From an uncultured Mollicutes bacterium (GTDB lineage: Bacteria; Bacillota_I; Bacilli_A; ML615J-28; CAG-313), in the NCBI GenBank assembly GCA_900538885.1, contig UQAI01000003.1, forward strand, positions 1 through 62,865: a stretch of 62,865 nucleotides of DNA, in the 5' to 3' direction. Below are positions 45,201 to 50,911 of this stretch, in pieces. The notes under the pieces were generated by a model. That model worked only from the letters and a program-made list of their open reading frames with translations, was not told where the DNA came from and ran no database searches. Position numbers and translations under genes: made by a program. Numbering within the stretch: position 1 is the stretch's first letter; every line of letters begins with the position of its first letter.

Positions 45201-46736
45201 GGTGTTGATATAGCCTTTGAAACTTTCTTAGGCTTTAAAGGAGATAAAGTTCCTGATATTGATTTAAATTTCTCAGGAGAATATCAAGCAAAAGCACATT
45301 TATTCTGTCAAGATACATTTGGTATTGATAATGCTTTTAGAGCAGGTACGGTATCTACGGTTATGGAAAAAACTGCTTTTGCTTATACAAGGGATTATTA
45401 CCGAAATAAGAATATTGAAATTAGAAAAACTGAAATTGAACGAATTGCTAATTTTATTGCAGGATCTAAAAAGACAACAGGTCAACATCCTGGTGGTATT
45501 GTCATTGTTCCTGATGATATTGAGTATACTGATATAATACCAGTTCAATATCCACCAGTTGATAGTTCAGAATTAGAAAATCAAAATTGGCGTACATCGC
45601 ATTATGATTATCATAGCTTTGAAAGCAATTTACTTAAAATGGATATCCTAGGACACGATGATCCAACTGTTATTAAACAATTAATGGATTTTGTTCACGC
45701 CGAACCAGAGGTATTTCCATTTAGTACAGTAGAAGGAATTCCATATGTTGATGACGAGGTTCTTTCCCTTTTTAGTTCTAAAGAAGCACTAAAAATAAAT
45801 GGCGATGATATGGATCGTTTCTCTAGTGGTACTAAAGGAATGCCTGAGTTTGGAACTAATTTTGTTAGAGGAATGCTAGAAACCATTAAGCCAAAAAGCT
45901 ATGAAGATATTATTAAAGTATCGGGACTTTCTCATGGTACTGATGTATGGAACCGAAATGCTGAAGAATTAGTAACAGGATCTAATCCGCTATATCCGAA
46001 GGTTGAATTTAAAGAAGTAATTGGATGTCGTGATGATATTATGCTTTATTTATTAGAGAAGAATCTTCCAGCACATGATGCTTTCACGATTATGGAAGGC
46101 GTAAGAAAAGGAAAAGGCTTAAAACCAGAACAAGAAGCTTTAATGATTAAGTATAATGTTCCGGATTGGTATATTTATAGTTGTAAACGTATTAAATACA
46201 TGTTCCCTAAAGCACATGCGACTGCATATGTAATTATGGCTTTAAGAATCGGTTGGTTTAAGGTTCATCGTCCAATTTACTACTATGCGGCATTCTTCTC
46301 TAAACGTGCTAAGGAATTTGATCCAGAAATATTAGCTAATGGTCGTAATGCTATACGTAATAAAATTACAGAGTTTGAAACAAAACTTTCCAAAAAAGAA
46401 GAACTTACTAATAAAGAAACTGATTTATTAGGAGTACTATATATTGCTTTAGAAATGGTACTTCGTGGTTATTATTTCAGACAAATTGATATTGAAAAAT
46501 CAGAAGCTACTGATTTTGTGATTGCGGATGACAAAAAATCATTATATTTACCATTTATAAGTGTTGATTCATTAGGTGATGCGGTGGCGAAATCGATTAT
46601 TGAAGCTCGAAACAAGCATCAATTTACTTCAAAAGCAGATTTTGAATACCGTACATCAGTAAATAAAAAGCAATATGCAAGATTAAAAACTTTAGGGGTT
46701 TTGGATAACTTACCAGAAAACGATACACTATTATAA
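42234..46736 (+). CDS. polC: DNA polymerase III PolC-type (Gram-positive replicative polymerase)
   Basis: The 1500-aa protein has an OB domain, PHP (VELHAHTKMS), an inserted 3'-5' exonuclease (VVFDLETTGLS, HRAIHDA), a zinc finger CPKC..CPIC and the polymerase core. Confidence 0.95.
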   Translation: MSNAKWLETLELSNIEVNDDIKNGEITSVKVKQSDNSWRIFITLGRVLPWDQLSDMLEKIKNAFMTKYNVSKVLFTIRWLDTTITSEDLIAYFNAGVDVCKKIKATTILLAEFPFQIKENNLILKVPTKENQNVVDEHLPLIQAFFVNYGIGHIKVSSSIDIDEVSKGDLHHESIVRMEDQNEAKSVELYQQKKAEAAEGREEATFYRNNFNHVLTIVLHEVPMTSMEVEEFKQINGTNKVETTGIVVKTSTRELKTRDGRTLRLFEGVITDFQDSIIIKRFYRESDARIFEEDIKPNKRIVIQGNIQWDDFAKDVVIMCDRVTVCGVDASRQRFDSSLEKRVELHAHTKMSVLDSILNVDEYVEQAKRFGHRALAVTDHANCHILPEFFSLCKKNDIKPIAGVEAYFVDDTNLRIVHPYSEDIDLKKATFVVFDLETTGLSVNYNEIIEIGAVKVKDGMIIDSFSTFVKPRKPISSFITELTSITNEMVVNSPYIESVFKDFLAFIEGSVLVAQNADFDTGFLYQTMRNQNMEITRYPCIDTLDLARTLYPEGLKNYKLETIAKYLKVEIEQQHRAIHDARTTTNVFNRMLVDLFNEGITKYNSINTLIKPEQLAKTKRPTHLCILVRNKTGLKNFYKIISDAHTTHFNRDACVHKTVLDKYREGLLVGSGCANGDIFETAYEKSYEELLDKVSYYDYLEVQPPECYNWLFENLPDEERIPIIQDIIKKIISAGNEKNVLVVATGDVHQLLKEDSKYRSIYLSVARPNGGGPHPLSRYAPLNMHFRSTTEMLDDFSFLPANEAYDLVVTNTKKINEMIEDYPLFPNKLYVPRDDFMSKIGVPSMKEAVYDISFATTRKKYGENLPLYVQERLEKELEAIIGHGYFSVYFISHLLVKNSNEAGYIVGSRGSVGSSFVATMMGITEVNPLKPHYVCPKCKFSVFKLSDEEKERYHMSVPAELDAKLKKVGVGMDLEDAYCPICGEKLNKDGVDIAFETFLGFKGDKVPDIDLNFSGEYQAKAHLFCQDTFGIDNAFRAGTVSTVMEKTAFAYTRDYYRNKNIEIRKTEIERIANFIAGSKKTTGQHPGGIVIVPDDIEYTDIIPVQYPPVDSSELENQNWRTSHYDYHSFESNLLKMDILGHDDPTVIKQLMDFVHAEPEVFPFSTVEGIPYVDDEVLSLFSSKEALKINGDDMDRFSSGTKGMPEFGTNFVRGMLETIKPKSYEDIIKVSGLSHGTDVWNRNAEELVTGSNPLYPKVEFKEVIGCRDDIMLYLLEKNLPAHDAFTIMEGVRKGKGLKPEQEALMIKYNVPDWYIYSCKRIKYMFPKAHATAYVIMALRIGWFKVHRPIYYYAAFFSKRAKEFDPEILANGRNAIRNKITEFETKLSKKEELTNKETDLLGVLYIALEMVLRGYYFRQIDIEKSEATDFVIADDKKSLYLPFISVDSLGDAVAKSIIEARNKHQFTSKADFEYRTSVNKKQYARLKTLGVLDNLPENDTLL

Positions 46737-46788
46737 AAAAAGGTATTGTTTTAATAAAAAATGATAAAATATAAAGGAGGATATTGAT

Positions 46789-47538
46789 ATGAAACTTGGA
46801 AATAATTTTGCATTTAAAAATGCGATGAAAGCAGAAGATACATCAAGTACTAGTGCTAGTATTAAAGGAATAGGTCTTAAAACTCTACTATTAGTATTTA
46901 TAATGATTGTTTCAACTATCTTTATGATGTCTAACTTTCATCGTTTTGGTGGCTATGCTTTATACATTTATGTAGGTGTAGCTATCATAAACTTTATTTT
47001 ACAATTTATAATTTGTTTTGTTCCTGCATCAACCAAAATACTTTCAATCCCTTATTCCATTTTTGAGGGTTTAATGCTTGGTACAATCATTGGAATTGTT
47101 GAACTAGTATTACCGGGAGAGGGGTTTCAATTAGCGGGACTTGCGTTAATTTTAACTATCGCCATATTCCTTGCGGCAACAATTCTTTATACAACTGGAG
47201 TAATCAAGGTGGGACATTTCTTTAGAGGCTTTATGCTTTCAGTTTTGCTTGGGATAATGATCTCATCACTTGTAATTAGTGTTATTGGTATATTTAATCC
47301 ATCTATTTACACTTTATTATTTTCTAGTAAATTAGGTATTATTATATCAGTTGTAATGATTATAGTGGCAGGATTATATGTTGTTATAAGCCTAGATAAT
47401 GCAACCCAAATTGTGCTAAGTGGTTGTGATAAAAAGTATGAATGGTATGCTGCATTTGGAATATTATTAAATATAGAATGGTTATTTATTGAAATATTTA
47501 GATTATTGTTGTATCTAAAACAATCAAGTGACAAATAA
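46789..47538 (+). CDS. Bax-inhibitor-1/YccA-like integral membrane protein
   Basis: It has about 7 TM helices. The C-terminal helix AAFGILLNIEWLFIEIFRLLL resembles the BI-1 family tail. It has a strong AAGGAGG RBS. Confidence 0.55.
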   Translation: MKLGNNFAFKNAMKAEDTSSTSASIKGIGLKTLLLVFIMIVSTIFMMSNFHRFGGYALYIYVGVAIINFILQFIICFVPASTKILSIPYSIFEGLMLGTIIGIVELVLPGEGFQLAGLALILTIAIFLAATILYTTGVIKVGHFFRGFMLSVLLGIMISSLVISVIGIFNPSIYTLLFSSKLGIIISVVMIIVAGLYVVISLDNATQIVLSGCDKKYEWYAAFGILLNIEWLFIEIFRLLLYLKQSSDK

Positions 47539-47553
47539 TCTATATCAAAATAG

Positions 47554-47582
47554 TTGTAATATTAAGAAAAAAGTGATAAAAT
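47554..47582 (+). promoter_or_regulatory. Sigma-A promoter for gap
   Basis: TTGTAA (47554-47559), a 17-nt spacer, then TAAAAT with TG extension (TGATAAAAT 47574-47582). Confidence 0.6.
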
Positions 47583-47623
47583 AATATAGTAAAAATTCAA
47601 CAGAAATTTAGGAGGATTATAAA

Positions 47624-48631
47624 ATGGCTGTAAGAATTGCAATTAATGGATTTGGCAGAATTGGACGTTTAGCATTCCGTCAAATGTTTGGACAAAAAGA
47701 CTTTGATATCGTAGCAATCAATGACTTAACTGGTGCTGCAGACCTTGCTTATTTATTAAAGTATGATACTGCACAAGGTCGTTATAAAGACCACGAAGTA
47801 AGTAGTACTGATCATTCAATTATTGTTGATGGTCATGAAATTGAAGTTTATGCTATTAAAGATGCTAATGAATGTCCTTGGAAAGAATTAAATGTTGATG
47901 TAGTAATCGAATGTACTGGTTTCTATGTAAGCAAAGAAAAATCAATGGCACACATCAATGCTGGTGCTAAGAAAGTTATCATTTCTGCTCCTGCAAAAGG
48001 TGTTGACATGACTGTTGTTTACAATGTTAACCACACTAAATTAACTGGTGATGAACAAGTTATTTCTGCTGCTTCATGCACAACTAACTGTTTAGCACCT
48101 ATCGCTAAAGTATTAAATGACAAATTTGGTATCGTTAAAGGCTTCATGACTACTGTTCACGCTTATACTGGTGACCAAAATGTTCTTGACGCTCCTCATA
48201 AAAAAGGTATTCAATCTCGTCGTGCAAGAGCTGCTGCTGCAAACATCGTACCTACTACTACTGGTGCTGCTGTTGCTGTTGGTGAAGTTTTACCTGAATT
48301 AAAAGGCAAACTTGATGGTATGGCACTACGTGTTCCTACAATCACTGGTTCAGTTGTTGACCTAGTTTGGGAACCTGCTCGTCCTGTAACTGTAGAAGAA
48401 GTTAATGCTGCTGTTAAAGAAGCAGTAAATGAGACTATTTATTATACTGAAGATCCTATCGTTTCATCAGACGTTATTGGTCAAACTTGTGGTACATTAT
48501 TTGACGCAAAATGCACAAAGATTATGAATGTTGATGGCAAACAATTAGTTAAGATCATCTCTTGGTACGATAACGAAATGAGTTATACTGCTCAAATGGT
48601 TCGTACTGCCAAATATTTAATTTCTAAATAA
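47624..48631 (+). CDS. gap: Type I glyceraldehyde-3-phosphate dehydrogenase
   Basis: INGFGRIGR, active site [10 protein letters not shown] and WYDNE. It has a strong AGGAGGA RBS and the codon bias of a highly expressed gene. Confidence 0.95.
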   Translation: MAVRIAINGFGRIGRLAFRQMFGQKDFDIVAINDLTGAADLAYLLKYDTAQGRYKDHEVSSTDHSIIVDGHEIEVYAIKDANECPWKELNVDVVIECTGFYVSKEKSMAHINAGAKKVIISAPAKGVDMTVVYNVNHTKLTGDEQVISAASCTTNCLAPIAKVLNDKFGIVKGFMTTVHAYTGDQNVLDAPHKKGIQSRRARAAAANIVPTTTGAAVAVGEVLPELKGKLDGMALRVPTITGSVVDLVWEPARPVTVEEVNAAVKEAVNETIYYTEDPIVSSDVIGQTCGTLFDAKCTKIMNVDGKQLVKIISWYDNEMSYTAQMVRTAKYLISK

Positions 48632-48645
48632 ATCAAAATCATAAG

Positions 48646-48672
48646 AAGGCTGAGAAAATCAGCCTTTTTTGT
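48646..48672 (+). terminator. Rho-independent terminator after gap
   Basis: The stem AAGGCTGA/TCAGCCTT has a GAAAA loop and is followed by T6. Confidence 0.8.
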
Positions 48673-48734
48673 TTAGTTTTCAGTTTTTTCCATAAAATAT
48701 AAATATAGTTAGATAATAGAAAGGTATAAAAAAT

Positions 48735-49748
48735 ATGGATAAAAAACTGAATAAATTACTAAAAATTTTATTATTGTTATTGATTACTTGGATAGTTTTT
48801 AATATATATCAAGAACTAATAACATTATTAAAAGTTGTAATTAACTTTTTACTACCATTTATTTTGGGGTTTACAATCGCTTTTTTATTAAATCCATTAG
48901 TTGATAAGTTAGAAACAAAAGGCTGTAATCGAAAATCTACTTCATGCGTCTTAGTATTTGGAATAATGATGATCATTTTTAGTGTTATTTTGTTTATTAC
49001 ACCAAGCGTAGTAGAAGAAGGAAATAAACTATTTGATAATCTCCCTTCATACGTTCAAAATGTGAAGGATTTGATTAACAAATTTTTTGGTAAAATCTTA
49101 AAAACACAAATTAATATAGATTTTAAGAAAGAATATTTTCCTATTGTTTTAAAGTATTTTGGTAAAATTATTCAATCCACTTTTTCCTATGTTGTTTCTG
49201 TAATTATTGGTTTTGTTTTGTCGTTATATTTTTTAATAGATTATCATAAAATTATTACGAAATTAAAGGATTACTTGGTCTTGAAAGGTAAAGAAAACGT
49301 ACTTTTTTTATTGAGAGAATTAAATAAAACGATGTATGCATATTTTAAAGGGGTAGTTTTTGTGATAATAATTTTATCAATTTCCAGTACATTGTGTTTT
49401 GTATTGTTAGGAATAGAGTTACCAATTCTTTGGGGAATAATAATTGGGTTAACAAATGTTATTCCTTATGTAGGACCATACATTGGAGGATTTATCGTTG
49501 GACTATTTACTCTTGGTTCGGCCCCTAATAAACTACTCTATGTAATCCTTGTGGTTGTAGTATTACAACTCATAGAAAGTAATTTTATTACGCCAGCTGT
49601 TGAAAGTAAAACTGTTAATACACACCCAATAATTGTGATTCTATTTATGATGCTTTTTAGTGAAATGTTAGGGGTTGTAGGTATGTTATTAGCTGTACCA
49701 ATTTTATCAATTTTGCAAGCTACCATAAAATGGCAAAAATCAAACTAA
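48735..49748 (+). CDS. AI-2E family transporter (UPF0118/PerM-like permease)
   Basis: The polytopic 337-aa protein has a typical family tail (NVIPYVGPYIG, HPIIVIL, LLAVPI). Confidence 0.8.
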   Translation: MDKKLNKLLKILLLLLITWIVFNIYQELITLLKVVINFLLPFILGFTIAFLLNPLVDKLETKGCNRKSTSCVLVFGIMMIIFSVILFITPSVVEEGNKLFDNLPSYVQNVKDLINKFFGKILKTQINIDFKKEYFPIVLKYFGKIIQSTFSYVVSVIIGFVLSLYFLIDYHKIITKLKDYLVLKGKENVLFLLRELNKTMYAYFKGVVFVIIILSISSTLCFVLLGIELPILWGIIIGLTNVIPYVGPYIGGFIVGLFTLGSAPNKLLYVILVVVVLQLIESNFITPAVESKTVNTHPIIVILFMMLFSEMLGVVGMLLAVPILSILQATIKWQKSN

Positions 49749-49784
49749 AATAAAGAAAAAAATGCAAAAAAAAGTATTAATCAT

Positions 49785-49813
49785 TTTACAATAATGATAC
49801 TTTATGGTATAAT
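49785..49813 (+). promoter_or_regulatory. Sigma-A promoter for the paralogous membrane-protein pair
   Basis: TTTACA (49785-49790), a 17-nt spacer, then TGGTATAAT (49805-49813). Confidence 0.6.
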
Positions 49814-49824
49814 AGGTGTATAAA

Positions 49825-49869
49825 ATGCTAAAAAATATAGTAAAATCGGCTGATTTTTCAAGGGAGTGA
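49825..49869 (+). CDS. Candidate 14-codon leader ORF (MLKNIVKSADFSRE)
   Basis: AGGTG at 49814-49818 lies 6 nt before ATG 49825. The TGA stop at 49867-49869 falls directly after the main gene's RBS AAGGGAG and 4 nt before ATG 49874. Confidence 0.25.
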   Translation: MLKNIVKSADFSRE

Positions 49870-49873
49870 ATGT

Positions 49874-50890
49874 ATGTTATCAAAAGGTCAAAAAGTTTAC
49901 ATGTACATTAGTGCAATTTTGTCAATGTTAATTGGAATTGTTGTCTTTGTTCCATTTAGAACATTACCATTTTTGTGCAACATGGAAAATGTAGAAACTA
50001 TTATGAAAGCAGAAATGCTAATTAAATTTGCAATTTTACCTGTTGTAATTATTGCATTATCTATTTATGCAAATGTAAAAAAATATCGTGATATACAAGA
50101 GTGCTTAGATAGATCTAAAGTAGTAAATGTAATGAGCTATTTTCCAATTGTTTCTTACTTATGTGCTATTTTAGTATTTGTTACTCACACATTAGCTTAT
50201 AGCTGTGAACCTCTTGGATTTGGTCCATGGGCTGTAATAATGGTATTACTAATCTTATATTTAGCTTTCTTAGTTGTTGGATTCCATTGTTTTTCTAACT
50301 TATTATTTAAGTTAAATATTACTACAACTATAATATTAGACTGCGTTATATTAGCAGTAACAGCATGTTTTGTTATAGTTGCATGGAGAGTTGACGTAAA
50401 TTACCTTGATGTATTTAAAGCAGAAGAAGCATTCGTTGGACATGGTGACCCAGTCTTATTCTTCCTATACATTATTACAGTTATTTCATTCATTGTTATT
50501 TGTGCAAGACTTGCAAGAATCTTTAAAAAAGACAATCGCAGCATTTATGTATGTGATGAAGCATTTGAAAGAGATTATGATCGTATTGTAAAAAGAGAAT
50601 ATAATCGTGCTTACAATGACATTATGGATGATTTTGAAATTTATTTTAAACATCATTTTGAAGATGAGTTTGATCCAAAAGGAAAAAAACCAGAAACCGA
50701 AAATGAAAATGAAGAAACATTAGATGAAGAACAAGCACCAGCACATTGTGCTAACTGTGGTGCTGAATTAATTCCAGGAAATGATTTCTGTACTAATTGT
50801 GGTACAAAAGTTGAAACTCCAGTAGAAGAGCAAACTGAAACTGAAGAATCAGAAGAAAACACAGAATCTACTGAGACTGTTGAAGAATAA
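49874..50890 (+). CDS. Polytopic membrane protein with C-terminal zinc ribbon and acidic tail (338 aa), paralog of the next gene
   Basis: It has about 6 TM helices, then CANC-x10-CTNC and a T/E-rich tail. I did not recognise the membrane domain as a named family. Confidence 0.6.
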   Translation: MLSKGQKVYMYISAILSMLIGIVVFVPFRTLPFLCNMENVETIMKAEMLIKFAILPVVIIALSIYANVKKYRDIQECLDRSKVVNVMSYFPIVSYLCAILVFVTHTLAYSCEPLGFGPWAVIMVLLILYLAFLVVGFHCFSNLLFKLNITTTIILDCVILAVTACFVIVAWRVDVNYLDVFKAEEAFVGHGDPVLFFLYIITVISFIVICARLARIFKKDNRSIYVCDEAFERDYDRIVKREYNRAYNDIMDDFEIYFKHHFEDEFDPKGKKPETENENEETLDEEQAPAHCANCGAELIPGNDFCTNCGTKVETPVEEQTETEESEENTESTETVEE

Positions 50891-50911
50891 GTAGTAGAAA
50901 GGAAAAATATT

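Noticed and set aside
46762-46770. TGATAAAAT extended -10-like element upstream of the BI-1-like gene.
   Set aside because: A transcript starting about 7 nt downstream would begin inside or after the AAGGAGG RBS (46775-46781). The gene is more likely read through from polC.
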